A DNA stretch of 64,000 nucleotides from Phoronis australis (Eukaryota > Animalia > Phoronida): the NCBI GenBank assembly GCA_002633005.1, contig NMRA01000794.1, positions 58,224 through 122,223 of the forward strand, in the 5' to 3' direction. Both the position numbers and the translations under genes were made by a program. The first letter of the stretch is position 1, and each line of letters begins with the position of its first letter. The notes under the pieces are model-generated. The model was not told where the DNA came from, did not search any database, and worked only from the letters and a program-made list of their open reading frames with translations. Positions 12,294-25,645 of the stretch are shown in pieces.

Positions 12294-15200
12294 TCGAGTG
12301 GCCGTTACGGTATGTTTTTATTTGTTCATCTTCTCGAAATAAATTTGCAGCTGGGATGAGATAAATGATGCGAGACTTTCGTTGCTGATCGCTTGGCCAA
12401 CCGTGCTTACATGGATTTTTGTTTACAATCCTTTTGCACCTTTCTGGATACAGAGCACAGAACCATGATTAAATTGATACGGGCGAGCGCTACTTTAATT
12501 GATGAGCGCAACGACATTCGGAAAAATCACAGTCAAGGTCCATATTTGGTGTCCACATTTAGTGAAAATGAAGCTTGTCATATAACTGTAAAAGCTGGGT
12601 TATTTTAAAGTACCATCATCCCAGGTTTGTAATCTAAAATATTTGTGCACAAGAACCACCGAATAAAATTTTATGACCTAATGTATCGCAGTTGTATAAA
12701 GGGGTACGTACACTGCAACTTGTGGTGACAGCAAATTTCTATCAAGCAAACATTCAAATGGTAGCTGTTAATTTAATAAGTTCTTGATCAAATTGAAGAA
12801 GTATCACATACTTAAGTAAGAAAAGTTATTTCCTTGCTGATCAAGTTGTTCTAGATGATGAAGCATTGCCATTCTCAACACAGTATAATGAGAACGTCTT
12901 CTCTTGCAATATGATTCTTACAAAAAGAAAACGACAAGTAACTAATTTTTGCAAAAACTTTATTGGTGCTATTTGCCAAGTTTTCAACACATTCACCAGT
13001 TAGTCAAATTAGTTAAAGGAATGCTAGGCACAGTGTTCAACTTGTAAACTGTAAAAAATGGTAATGGTTGCGGGGTACGTACACTACTCACAGCCAATCA
13101 ACGTCAACTTTCACTAAGTTACAAATGTACGGAATGATCTCGAGTTTTGTGCTGCCGCTTCTAGTTTTTTGTTGCAAGATGTCTTGAGAGACACAGAACC
13201 TGCCTCTGCAACATCAGTTGTCACATGACGTGTCTTCTAGGATGCCACTAGCCAAGTCCTGTGTGGCATTTTATTGCCCACAAATTTAATAATGTCCATT
13301 GTTTTCTTGTCAGACTGGTTGAATTCTGGAAATATCAGTATTGTTCATGCAAACAGCAGTGTGTAAAAATTCTTGTGGGCAATACTTAATACCACAGAGA
13401 ATGAAGGTACGCACACTACACAGGGGTACGTACACTACATTTCTATGACTTTTCAGGTTGTAAACAATTCTTAGAGTCTAATGGGAGTTTGTTTATTTAT
13501 TAAATCTATTTAAAGAGAACAAATAAAAGGTACATCATAATTTTGTATATCTTTCTGTAATACTGTGGAAACAGGCAAATGTTAAAATATAGGGGTACGT
13601 ACACTACGCAAATGCTATTACAGTACAGCCACTGCTACCTCACGCCTGGCCAGACCGGAGCACAACCGGAACGCAGGCGTGACAGAAATCAGTCACGGTC
13701 GCCTCACGCCTACTCTCCGGGTAGTCCTCACGCTTACCTCCGGTTTATTTCACGCTTTCCTCAGGCTTTCTTCACGCCCTCCGTATCTGTGGTAACCATG
13801 ATAGGGCACCGGCTAACATGTACATTTTCTATTTACTACTTCAGAGCCAGTCCCATCAACGACATACATGTACAGCAACCACGGTTAGTAAATGCTGTAC
13901 GAATATACGCGACCTTGTGTCCAGAGTCGTCTTTACATGGCTGTGGACTCCTGGAAGCTTGTCACAGCTGGATATAGTTAATTTTCCCTTAAAATAGCCT
14001 ACGCATCTTGTGAAGTATTGTGTCACTCCGTAAATTTTTGCACCGCACTGACGTACAGAAAATTTCAATAGGCCGCCATTCTGACTTACCCATCCCTTAC
14101 TGCAGGCAAATGTTTTGACTAAAAAGTCCTCAATCCGTAGCGCTGTTTAATTATTTGTAGCCCCCCCCCCCCCCNAGTACATGCGTTTCGACTGAGTTCA
14201 CAGTATACCCGGGGTACTTCTTCACTAAATAATAATAGCAGTGATCTGTTTGACTCGTCAAATGCATGGGCACAATCAGTTTTCTCCGCATAAAGCCGGA
14301 ATTTGGGATCAATGTGCTCAGAATTGACATGCTATGCTCCTTCATATGGTGAAGGCAATTGAATATTTCCGCCATGTACACGCGCGTTAAGATTCGTTAT
14401 TAGTTTATAGAGAAACAAATAATTATATATAAGTGAAAAGTAGAGTCCACAGGTCTGTTTCCTGAAGTGACTTAAGATTTGAGCAGGAAATTTTGGTCTT
14501 TTGCTGAACGTGACGATTTCAAAAATATAAACCTCACATGATCAAAAGTCTATGAGAATACACACATCACTGCTAGTTACTGATATAATTTTAATAAATT
14601 ACTTTTTCATCTGCGATGCAGGTAAACTCACGCCTGGCTCACGGCTGGCTTTCGCTTAGTTCACACCTAACTCACGGTAAGCTCCGGGTACAGTCACGCT
14701 TAGGCTCACGCCCGCTGTCACGGTTGATTCACGTCTCACTCTCTGGTCTGTCTTCGGTTACGGTCACGGGTGGCACGGAGAGACACCGGAGAGAGTCTAA
14801 TAATTCAGTGGCTGTACTGTATATTACTCAAAGCAAATGCATTTGTAATTAACACCCTTTTAACCTACTGTAGCATTGTTAATGGAGGAAACTGTCTGTC
14901 ACAAATGTTGCCTACTTACCGTTTAATATTTTTGCTTCATGGTATTTGTTTACATCAGGGTACGTACACTAAATTTCAGTGAAATGTCAGGTTTGTAACA
15001 AAGTACTAAGAATCTACTGAGAATTAGTTGATTTACTAAATCAATTCAAATAGAAAAAAATATAAACCACAGCCTTCATGTGCCTATCTGGGCACAAATT
15101 AAAATACGGTGGTACGTACGCAGCACAAATGCTAATATTTCACTCAAAACACATGTATTCGCAATAAATCCCCTTTTAACCTAACGTTTATTAGGAAGGA

Positions 15201-15977
15201 AACTGTCTATGACCAATGTTGCTTACTCACCAAGTGATATTTTAATTTCATAGCATTTGTTAACAAGGGGGTACGTACTGCATCACATGGTAACATAATG
15301 TTTCATGGAAATTTACTTTTCTTTTGTGATAATCAGCATCATGTTGTTATTTAAAAGGCAATAATTTGATTTGCAATGACCATTTGTGTTACTGAATTCC
15401 ACATGGGAGCACGTACACTAAATTTTGTTAGCCTTTTTGGCCCATTTTCAACATACAGGTAGCAGAGTCCAGTCAATATCCAAATGGTTTGTTTAGATAT
15501 TGAATAATTTGCTATGTTGCTTAGGCTAACAAATTTTGTAGTTCTGTTTAGTACAGAGTGTGAACTTTAGTTTACAACCTTCTTTACTGTAGGTGGGGTT
15601 TAGAAACTCAGAATTCACAAATTTCGTAACGAGTACCTGTTTTATGATGAACCCTACCATTTCTCAATGATTAAGCACAATCTGATGTAAGTGATTCTGA
15701 AAGTGACTCAAATTATTTCCAGTCATATCAAAGCAATTGCTTACTTAATAAAATAAATTTCTTTTCTACTGCTGACTGTTGAAAATTGTAATTTTTAAGA
15801 TGGCCAATCGTAACGCTAAAAATGCATGAAATTCATAGACAAAAACATGCCCAAATTTCTCAAACATTGTCCGATGTTGATGATTCTTAATTTTAATTTG
15901 CACAACTAAATAACTCTTTGCATATGAGATTCAGTTACCAAAAAATTATTTTAGACCGTAACACGGTCAACACTCGA
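12294..15977. mobile_element. Unclassified non-coding DNA-transposon-like element with repeated GGGGTACGTACACT motifs
   Basis: Imperfect inverted ends TCGAGTGGCCGTTACGGT / ACCGTAACACGGTCAACACTCGA; about 9 same-orientation copies of the motif (12701, 13072, 13405, 13423, 13592, 14958, 15109, 15268, 15407); internal ~310-bp direct duplication. No TSD confirmed. Confidence 0.5.
13621..14819. mobile_element. Non-autonomous Tc1/mariner-type element (MITE) nested in the element above
   Basis: 14-bp TIR CAGTACAGCCACTG / CAGTGGCTGTACTG, TA on both sides (13619-13620, 14820-14821), TCACG-rich subterminal regions. The rejoined flanks match the uninterrupted repeat copy at ~15125-15185. Confidence 0.85.
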
Positions 15978-16559
15978 ATGACGTATACATTTACATAGGA
16001 ATCTTGGGCAGCTAGCCGTGTAGAGAATAATTTCCCAACCCAAGGATTGCGTATTCATTTGGTCCAAAGTCACCGACTTTTGTCAAACGTAATTAGTTTC
16101 TGCGTAGGCACAAGTAGCACTAGGTGGCTCGTTGCGAAATGCATTATCAAATCAAAAGCAATTTATTTATTTTGACGTGCAATACTAGATATTACCAATA
16201 TTGATCGCCTCACTGGCATCCCACTATACAAGTATTATGTGTTGAGTTCTGTCAGTCAAGTTACTTATGAAATACCAATCCAATAGTTTTCTATTGTAGT
16301 CATGTAGCTTATAATCGTCTAGTAGCAATTTCAGACAGCACCTATGTGTGGTCCTAAACAGCAAAAGTTTGGAAAGGTGTGTACACTCGTCCGTGTTTTC
16401 ATTTGTCGAATAAACGCCCATGGGCTTACCTACGGAAATTTTCGGTACCAATAGAAAACTGAGTCATTCTTCTTTTTAACAATATCACATTTTGGTCAAC
16501 AAACGTCTGATATCTCCAGTTATTTTGATGCCAAAAAGGATGATTATGGTCTCAAAGTG

Positions 16560-16960
16560 AATGTTGCAAATTTCCCTGTTGTGTCAAGGAATGTCACCAA
16601 CATTAATGACAACGCAAATGCAGTTGAGTACAGAGAGGTCATTCTGCAGCCAGTGGCATGCAATCCAGACTATTCACATTCTGGGACCTAATTCCATCTT
16701 TGAACATGGCAGTGCGCGTCCCCTCCGAGACAGGCTTGTGACAGACCAACTGCGCCACGCGGAAGTCCAGCAAATGGAATTGCCGCATGCTGTCCAGAAT
16801 TGAACTCTATCGAACACCTTTGGGCGTGGGCACGTGACCAAAAAAGCGTTGTGACTGATCTAAGGTGCTTACTGACCCAGGAATAGAAAGTCGTAACACA
16901 GCGACAAGTCGTCAGGCTAAAAACAGCATGCGAAGATGTGTCGCTCTAGTGACTGCGAAT
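16560..16960 (+). mobile_element. Degraded Tc1-family transposase fragment
   Basis: IFEHGSARPLRDRLVTDQLRHAEVQQMELP / ACCPELNSIEHLW matches Tc1 FQ.DNARPH....V...L.......MEWPA.SPDLNPIEHLW; frameshifted. Confidence 0.8.
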
Positions 16961-17348
16961 GGTTTGTCAACACAATACTGAAAACTATCTATCAGTCAGA
17001 CTATCACTGTTGGGCATCAGTCGGAATATCACTACAGTCTATCAGTCAGTTGTTCAATAGAGAAAGTGTAATCATGTTTCAAACTTGCAATAGTTTTTTG
17101 TTACCATGGAACCAGCACTGTAATTGTTACCAAGGGTTTAGATTAAAACCTACTATAGGACAAGAGTTTGATCTTTTGCGTTCTTAGTGGTTCACCAGTA
17201 CTTTTACTTTTACTTGGTATACATTGCACTATTTGGCTACTCAGATAAAAAATGACCTAACATCAAACCTTTTATGTGTTAAGGAGATATGAAGATATCT
17301 TTCTGTTAAGAGAGTTTGGGAGCATTACAAACCCAAGATGGGATCATT

Positions 17349-17586
17349 TGTAGAGGTGAGGTATGTGTGTACAATACAGTGTTTCTCAGTTCAATCTGTA
17401 GAGGTGAAGTATGTGCGTACAACACAGTGTTTCTCAGTTCAATCTGTAGAGGTGAGGTATGTGCGTACAACACAGTGTTTCTCAGTTCAATCTGTAGAGG
17501 TGAGGTATGTGCGTACAACACAGTGTTTCTCAGTTCAATCTGTAGAGGTGAGGTATGTGTGTACAACAGTGTTTCTCAGTTCAATC
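17349..17586. repeat. 48-bp minisatellite, 5 copies
   Basis: Unit TGTAGAGGTGAGGTATGTGCGTACAACACAGTGTTTCTCAGTTCAATC repeated head to tail with few changes. Confidence 0.95.
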
Positions 17587-18706
17587 CTGAAGTACCCTAC
17601 ATCAGAGTGCAACATTTGACAAGAAACACAGATTTTACAATTCAACAGGCTTGTTTATGTGTTATGAGATCTTTTCTTATTTTTGATTCGTTCTGAGAGT
17701 TGTGTAGTTATTCAGCGACAACACGTTTAGCCCAATTGACAATATCTTCTCAAGCGGCCATACGAAAAGTACCTGGAGTATACTTACCATTTTTTGCCGT
17801 TCATGAAATGAGTGGGTTTCTGGGATTAGCGATCTCACAAAAGACTACTTCTGTTAGATAATTCTCATATAACTGGTGTGAAAGTAAAATTGTCCCCTTG
17901 TATAAAACGTCCTACTTCCACTTTTTCCACGTTGTGGCCATTGAACCTGCAATCAAACATTTGCAAGTAGAACATTATATAAATCATGCTACAGAGATTG
18001 GTGACAGAGTGAGATGTCATCATGAGAGCTTGCAATATGCTCACATAGTGGAGAGTGTAATTATTTAATCTAATAACATTGGTCTTTCTCAAATATATGT
18101 GACTGGCATTTTAGAAACTGTACGTCGTGACGCATGTCAAATAATTATCTGTTGAGTATGTATCTGAATATGTCTCGCAGCAGAATCTAGTCACGTGACT
18201 ATGTAAAGTACGCTGTACTAGTCAACAATAAATGAATAAATAACATCAAGAAAGAATTATGGATCTTTGAACCTCGACAATCAACCAATTAAAGATGGTG
18301 TTTGAAATAATTTACCCAGTAGAACAGAATGGGTATCAACCCAGCTGTTCTGGAACTTCATGCAATAGTCCGTATGTTAAGATTTCTCCCTCCACCGTTT
18401 GCGCATCTCCATCCAGCAGCCAGCTTCAGGGGAAAGTAGCAATGCTAGAAAAGAACCCCCTAGCATGGGCCTGTTTTAGCCAGGAAAACGTTTTCATGAC
18501 CATTTTTCGCTGACCTAATCTCTCTAGATACGACTGCAAACGCTTGAGACCAGTTTTTGTTCAGCGGAAAATTTACCGTAAAGCACGTTTTACGCCAAAA
18601 GCAAATATGGAACTCCGCTTGTAGTTTGTAGTGCAGACCGAGTCTCAGTTCCCTTAGAAATGGACTGCAGCCAACCCCCTTTCATACTAAGACGATGGAA
18701 GTAAAT

Positions 18707-18855
18707 GCGGATTTAGAGGAGGGCCAGGGGGAATGCCCCCCTCCCTAAAATTCTCCCAGGTTCCATTTGGCAGTTTGGGGTTGCAGATGGCCAAATTCCT
18801 GTTAATACATGTACTCTGGCCTGCCCCCTAAATCAAAATCCTGGATCTGCCCCTG
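18707..18855. mobile_element. Short MITE (GCGGATTT..GGGG / CCTGGATCTGCCCCTG family)
   Basis: Imperfect inverted ends with G/C tracts; a related copy lies at ~38422-38571. Confidence 0.45.
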
Positions 18856-21800
18856 AGAAGTGCTTTAAGTGATTAAAATGCATTCGGGTCAGACACATGC
18901 TGCCTTGCAATGCCATCAAGGTGAGTTTCCCTGATATGTTAACAATTGTGTCTGTCAATGCCCAAGGGACCAATTATTCCGACCAAAGATGTGAACAATA
19001 TTGTGCATCCGTGCGCTGAGTAATGTACTAAACACGCCCACTCTGACCAGGGAGAGCATTTATTTCACCCAAAAAATGTGCAGCCGTGAATGGAGCAACA
19101 TAGCAAAGCCTCCCAATCTGGCGAGGGTGACTTCTTGTTTAAAATCTGACTCCCTCACAAGACAGGTAGATTTAAAGTGCTATGCTGCAATTCTTGTGCA
19201 GATTGTCTGTTTGACGAAGTCACCTTCGTGTGACCATATTCTTGGATAATACTTTTAAAACTGCATACTACAGCAGCCATACTTCCAGAAAGTTCTGCTG
19301 TACGGACTCATGCTTAAACTCAAGACAGCATACGCGGGAACTTGGAATTGAATATTGGTAAGGCAATGAGGCAAATGTTTTGTTCATTGTGAACATTTTG
19401 GTAATCGTTGTCCTTACAATCTCCCATATACTCCTTTACAGCAAACGTGTGTCAAAGAATCGGGTGAATACGGGAATGGTTAATCAATTTATTCTTGGGT
19501 GAGATAAGTTGAAAAGAGGTCGGTCAAACTTTACATTGTTTTAAGGTGTAATTTAGTTTAGTGAATTGCAAGTCTTTAACAACATCAACGTAAAGTTGCC
19601 AAGTTTCACGACATATTCCAAGTTCACGCTTACGTGATCTTGCCATGATTTCAAGTTTACTCACTGCAGTTCTAGTGTTGAAGCGTTGCAAAGTGTTACT
19701 TGCTGAAATTACCCTCCGCATATCTGTCCGAAGACAAATGATAAAACCTATAAGTCTGACCGCAGAAAATGTGAACGAGATAATTTTGCAAGCTAAATAA
19801 TGTTTCCACTGAAATTAGAAAAATCTTTCACTCATTGTTTGTATTTTACATTACCGGGCAATCACAAGTACTTTTCACTTGACAACCAATAATGATCATT
19901 TTAAGTGTAATTTCTGACATAGTGTAATTCTTATTCATCGTCTACAAATTTCAGGAATAAGAGTATTTTTGTTACAGCTTGCTACAATAACTTACTTTGG
20001 ATACTTAAATCAGGCGGTGCGACAATACAAGTGCAGTCACGGAGAGAGGTTATTTCTTTTATTTGAAATTCAAAATTTTGGACTGGAGATGAATATTACA
20101 TTTGCCTGCATACTATCAAATAGCAGTCCCTTATCTACATGGAGTACATACAGCATTGTTACCAAAGGAGGTCATTTTAATCTGAATTTTTCATGGTTCA
20201 ATGAAGAATTTCGCGGAGTATAAAATTAGACGGAGAAGCTAATGAGTGAAATAAGTTAATCGGTGTAGTTTGACGTGGAAATGAATCCACTGGTAGAATT
20301 TAAGCCACTTCTGTTGCGGGTCTTGTAAAATTGTTTTTGATTGTGTTACACTTGGCAAAATGCTTTTTCTGTTATTTCATTTGCTTAGTGTAATTTAAGA
20401 AGTGCCTGCGTCCATGTAAACGGTAACATGTCCTTTTGATGCCGTGGTTCTCCCGAGGTCGTAGCGGTTGTAGCCAAGGTCATGTCACACAACCAAAACG
20501 TAATAAACCAAAATTACCAATAACTTGTACTCAAGTGCTTGGGAGTGTTTCAGAAAATATCAAAACAGTCAAACGTAGAGTCATCCATCCACCCTTTTGC
20601 TCCCGTTCACACAAAGCTCCATGCTATTTATATTTTATTATGCCTAAATGTTTTTTCTTAACATATCATAAACAAAACCAATGCAACTTCTGTTACACCT
20701 GTTGGACACAACTTGAATGATGCTCGTTAAAATCACTGAAATTATTTTTAGAACAAACCATCTTTAATATTTTTTTCTAAATGATGTCCTTGCAACATTG
20801 TATGTTCTTCCAAAACATTCAGAGAATAATATACAGAAATTCGTGAGGTCAGCATAAACTAGACTGGTCAGACCCTGAAAGCAGAGAAACAACACCATGG
20901 CAAATGTTAGGCATGCAGGCACTGTTTTCTGCATTTTCTTGAGTATTTTTAGATTGAAAATTATCTAAATTTTAATTTTGGGATCATAATTATGTCGTTT
21001 CCACGTTACGTTTGTCTTTCATTCACGCATATCTAACACTGTCACCTGCGTCTATCTTAGTACATGTACAAGTACCTGAATCTGATGTCCTTTATTCTCG
21101 GGTATTTATTATCATTTATCAACAATAATAATAAATACCTGCAAAAAGAAAAAAGAAGAAGCTGATGTCCTAGTTTGTGCGTGACTGGTGATGCTGCGTG
21201 CAGCACCCCTTGTGTCTCAACATACTTGAAAGTTGAATCCACATTAATACTCACGGATTACTCTCATAGCCACTGGCCTATTACGAACAAACCCATAGTG
21301 GCTGCGATGCTTAGAACAGAACGGAATGCCACCAACCCTTCTTCAAAACAAAAGTCTGAAAGCATGACGATTGATAGAATTGACTGAAGAATTTGATATG
21401 GCAACGAAGGCACTGACACAACGGGCAAAAACGACCTTGACATCAGCAATGTAACACAGAAGATGGCCCCTAAGACCACGACAGCGCCACCTACCTACAC
21501 AGGAAACGACCTAGACAATACCAGCAATGAAAATGCGGAGTCCAAAACCACCTGAAATTATTGTAAAACCTGTTAAGATCTATCTACACGCCGATTTTGA
21601 GTCTGATTTCTCAAAGTACTAATTCCATAATTCAAAATGACCAGGTACTTTTAGTTTCACACATTTGCATTACCGTGTTCTTGCACCGGCAAACTCATAG
21701 GTTTACAATTTTGCAAACATAAATTTGATATGTCTGCGTACAAGCTGATTTATCTGGCAAAATCACGGTTCCACTGCCTCTATTACACCGTCGGGTGTCG

Positions 21801-21879
21801 CTGCATTTCCTCGATGTTGCCAACCTGGGACGTACGAGAGAGGAACGAATCCAGACGATGACAAGCAGGCTTTACACAA

Positions 21880-22330
21880 ACCTATTTTTCTCTGTAGATA
21901 ATACTTTTTTGCCCAGATTTATAACTAAACATTTCTTGAAAGGCAGGGACATGTTTTTCTGTCTCTTTGTAAATTTCAAGAAAGCCTTTAACCTGGTCTA
22001 GAGAATTGTCTTTAAACGTGACACGTCACGATACACATGTAACAATACAGGGAAACTGTTGAGAATGATCTGTGAAATGTCTTATAAAAGCTTTAAATGT
22101 CTAATCCTTGAATCAAACTTGAGCGATTTTTTAGTGTTTATTAGGAGCTCGTCAGTTGCCACTGGCTTCCTTTTTGATTGTTTCTCAATGATCTGAATAT
22201 CAGCTACAATCAGCCAACTCGGCATTACGTAAGTGTGTGGATGCGTTAAATATGTATTGACTTTTGTTTGCTGAGGAATTCCTGAACTAATGCTTGCAAA
22301 AACTTTTAGTCATTACTGTGACCAAAGCAA
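21880..22330 (+). mobile_element. Degraded non-LTR retrotransposon (LINE) RT fragment
   Basis: VDNTFLPRFITKHFLKGRDMFFCLFVNFKKAFNLV*R ... GKLLRMI ... FLNDL ... LLFAE, matching LINE RT motifs (FVDF.KAFD.V, FINDL, LLYADD). Confidence 0.7.
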
Positions 22331-22722
22331 AAATACTAGTTTATTGAATGTTTTTTTGAAATTTTGCGAAACTGCAAAATACAACCCCTATTCATATATA
22401 TTACTGATGAAGGTTTTCGCTATATACCGGTAGATGTCATCTCTAATAACTCGAAAAACCTGTGGAATCAATTATTACAAATTCAAGGGCGTATTTTTTA
22501 AAATGATATTTACTTTCATGGATTATTTATCAAATTATTTTCGAAAACAGTGGTACAGAGTGTAAAAAGTTCTGTATTAAGCCTTGGGTTGTTTTGCATG
22601 AATTGAAAAAAGACCTCTGCTGCAGACTCGTCACCGTGCGCCGAGTGTGAGATTTTCGCATCATACAATTCAGAAACTCCACTGTTGCATTCAGTATTGT
22701 AAGCGTCGTTTTCAGATTCCGT

Positions 22723-22800
22723 GAATTAGTTGTACTATTGGATTAGTTGTACTAATGGATTAGTTGTACATGTACTATTGGATTAGTTTTGCTATTGGAT
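22723..22800. repeat. 17-bp tandem repeat (GATTAGTTGTACTATTG), about 4 copies
   Basis: Visible; third copy carries a 6-bp insertion creating TACATGTA. Confidence 0.85.
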
Positions 22801-22990
22801 TTTAAAAGCAACTCGATGTCTAAAACAATTCGAAATTGTGCACTGACTGTACACTGGTTATGTAATTATGATTTACCTGCCAACGCAATCGATTGTCTGC
22901 GTTTGGCAGATGCACACACACTCTCTCCGTAACAAATATTGCCTTCTGCTGTCAAGCTTGCAAGGGGATTCTGTTTAATGGTAAATATAA

Positions 22991-23256
22991 CATGCGCGCT
23001 CCCAGCGCGCATGTTATATATTCCTGACGTTGTGGACCTTTTGCTATCAAAAAAGCGTGCGGACTAAAAAAAAAAACAAAAAAACAAGACCACCACTCGG
23101 AACGGAGTGCGCGTTTGCGCTTATTTAGTGGACTTTTGTCCCATTCTCTCGGACTTTTTGTCTCTCAGGGGCGGACCTTTTTGCCCACTTCGCCAAATGG
23201 GGGGGGCTCGTTCGAGCCTCCCCGAGACCATTTCCCCCTCCTGGGTGCGCGCATGC
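22991..23256. mobile_element. MITE family with CATGCGCGCACCCAG termini, copy 1
   Basis: Ends CATGCGCGCTCCCAG / CTGGGTGCGCGCATG; internal GGACCTTTT motifs shared with copies at 25416, 50460 and 51810. Confidence 0.7.
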
Positions 23257-23607
23257 ATAACCGTGCCATCTAATGCATTGTGACATCTGAAGCGAACTTA
23301 ACGCCATACCTATAGAACTCTACTTATGAATGGCTCACTTGTCACCGCACACGCGATGCTGAGGATTGCACAGCTCATGATGGGTGGCCATTTGCAATCA
23401 TTTGTTCCGGTGTTGTTTCTCGCTATGGAATAGGGACTATGGCTTGTTTGGAACAAAATATATGCAAGTTAAGAACTGTAACCACCGAAATTTTTTTCCG
23501 AGCACATTTTGGTTAGTTTTTGGAAAACTTTTGCGGTCTAATGGCTTCAAGTACACTGTATTGTCAAAACGGCGCATCATCTGCCAATCATTCGGTGATT
23601 CTGGAAA

Positions 23608-23743
23608 CCGGATGTGTGTAGTACCGCTGCCCATGTGTAGCCCGGATGTGTGTAGTACCGCTGCCCATATGTAGCCCGGATGTGTGTAGTACCGCTGCCC
23701 ATATGTAGCCCGGATGTGTGTAGTACCGCTGCCCATATGTAGC
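23608..23743. repeat. 34-bp minisatellite, 4 copies
   Basis: Unit CCCGGATGTGTGTAGTACCGCTGCCCATATGTAG, contiguous with no spacers. Confidence 0.95.
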
Positions 23744-23936
23744 CTGTAAAAGCAACTTACAGCCAGCTGGATGTATTACAATCATATTCAAATGTTTAGA
23801 ATTTACAATTTCAGGAACCTGAGCTCTGACACCATACCTAAATCACATACACAGTACATCACAAAAGGCACACATAATAACAGAAGTATTTCTGGGGCAA
23901 TGAGATAAGTATCACCTTGTTTACTGTCACTGAAAC

Positions 23937-24085
23937 TTTTGGGAGCACCGCCTTTTGGAAGCACCGCCTTTTGTGTGCACTCGTCTTTTGAAAGCATCGC
24001 CTTTTGGGCGGGTCGCCTTTTGGGAGCTCCGCCTTTTGGGAGCACCGCCTTTTGGGACCACCGCCTTTTGGCAGCACCGCCTTTT
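23937..24085. repeat. ~16-bp degenerate tandem repeat (TTTTGGGAGCACCGCC), about 9 copies
   Basis: Visible repeated CCGCCTTTTGG motif; probably a transposon-internal array. Confidence 0.85.
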
Positions 24086-24749
24086 CCAAAACGAATTGCA
24101 TGAAAAGTCTATCAGTAGAAAGTACTCCGTTAACCACTGAAGCTGTATGGTAACACAAGAAGAATTATCTTAATTCATAAATAATAATTATTTGGCATAT
24201 CTTAAAAATTGAGCAAAGAGGCATAACAATTCCAAAAGAGTGCAATAATGGTACCTTCATGTTCTAATTTTCAGATTATTCAACCAATTTTATTTCCGCT
24301 TGAGAATGAAACAAGCATTTTTCGAAATAAGGGGGACTTTTTAATGCCTGTAGGTCAGTTACTTCACCAATGTTCTGTTGATTGTAGAGTTTTATTCCGA
24401 ACATAGCAACGAAACGGGATAAAGACTCTCAACAAAAAGCGTCGTGTGCTTAATTAATTCTGCATATCGGAAAACTTGTTCCCGACGTACAGCCCACTAA
24501 ATACATGTTACTTGCAATATCTCGTAATTTTAGGTCTAGTAGCAGTGTAAAATAGAAATGGGCCAGAGAGGTAGATATAAATGACATATGAAACCAACAG
24601 GGGACTAGTTTCAGTGATACGAATATTACTAACGGATGATGACAGAGCTTTTAGAATACGGATCCCTCACAGTTGCTGTGGTACTTATAAAAATAAATTG
24701 TCCTCTGCATTAATTTGGTGATATTGTTCTTCTCCTTGTATCAGGAGCA

Positions 24750-25200
24750 CCTTAGATCATCCTAAAGACAGAATAAGTGAGGATAAGAAACGCCATTGTA
24801 TTTATAGTATACCATGCCAAATCTATGAGTCTGTATACATCGGTGAGACTGGTCGTGGGTTCTCGATTCGACTAAATAAACCCAGGAAGGAGATGGATGA
24901 TGTATCTCAGCCTGGGATCACAGGTACAGGGAGGAGATGGCCTCAGAGTACTAGTAACAAATCTACACTGACTGATCATGCTCCTGATTTTAGTTACATG
25001 TAGATGGTAAACTGGGATCCTGCAGTTGGGTCTAGCAGTATTCCAAGGTCTAGACGGACTAGAGAGTCAATCTGGGTCACGGGAAGTGGATGAGTGGTGA
25101 ACAGGGACGATGAAAGTTATAATTGGTCCAGAATTTAGAACTGCGTGGTCACCACACCTCCTGGCTTCGAATTACGTCGAAAGGTGGCTGCTAATTGGAG
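24750..25200 (+). mobile_element. Penelope-like element GIY-YIG endonuclease remnant
   Basis: LDHPKDRISEDKKRHCIYSIPCQIYESVYIGETGRGFSIRL...KSTLTDHA...NWD...ESIW...NRD matches Penelope HPKD..IY.IPC....YIGETGR...RL; has stops. Confidence 0.85.
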
Positions 25201-25415
25201 CCAAAACTGCCAAGGGTAAATATGTTCTCACTGGAAGTGAAAAAATGTAATACTCAAATTTCAAGATCCAAAGTCTCTGTTCAGTTTTAAACCTCATCAG
25301 GGTGACTAAGTACGTATTTGAGTTCGTCGCGTTATTCATTATTCTTGGTATCGTGATTGTTGTTATTGTTGTCGTTGCTTCTGTTGTTGTTATTACTGTT
25401 GTTTTTATTAATACA

Positions 25416-25645
25416 TCATGCGCGCACCCAGCCTAAAATTGGGGGCTCGAATTTTTGAGAATGACCTTTTACTAAGATTCAAGGTGTACGTTCAGATCTA
25501 TGAATTGTGCATACGCCGAATTAAGATAGTTCCTGCCTTGTTGGTGAAATTTTGTCAGGTTTTGTACTATTTTTCGGAGTTTTTGTTTCTCTGCGGTGGA
25601 TTTTTTTGCCTCTCCGAGCCCTCCCCCCCCTGGGTGCCCGCGTGC
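25416..25645. mobile_element. MITE family with CATGCGCGCACCCAG termini, copy 2
   Basis: CATGCGCGCACCCAG ... CTGGGTGCCCGCGTG inverted ends. Confidence 0.7.

Noticed and set aside
17349-17586. 48-bp repeat as a CRISPR array or a coding repeat (ICRGEVCAYNTVFLSS)n
   Set aside because: Units are contiguous with no unique spacers and no cas genes. Open frames on both strands follow from a unit length divisible by 3, and no supporting exon structure was found.
23608-23743. 34-bp repeat of CRISPR-like length
   Set aside because: Head-to-tail copies with no spacers in a eukaryotic context; a minisatellite.
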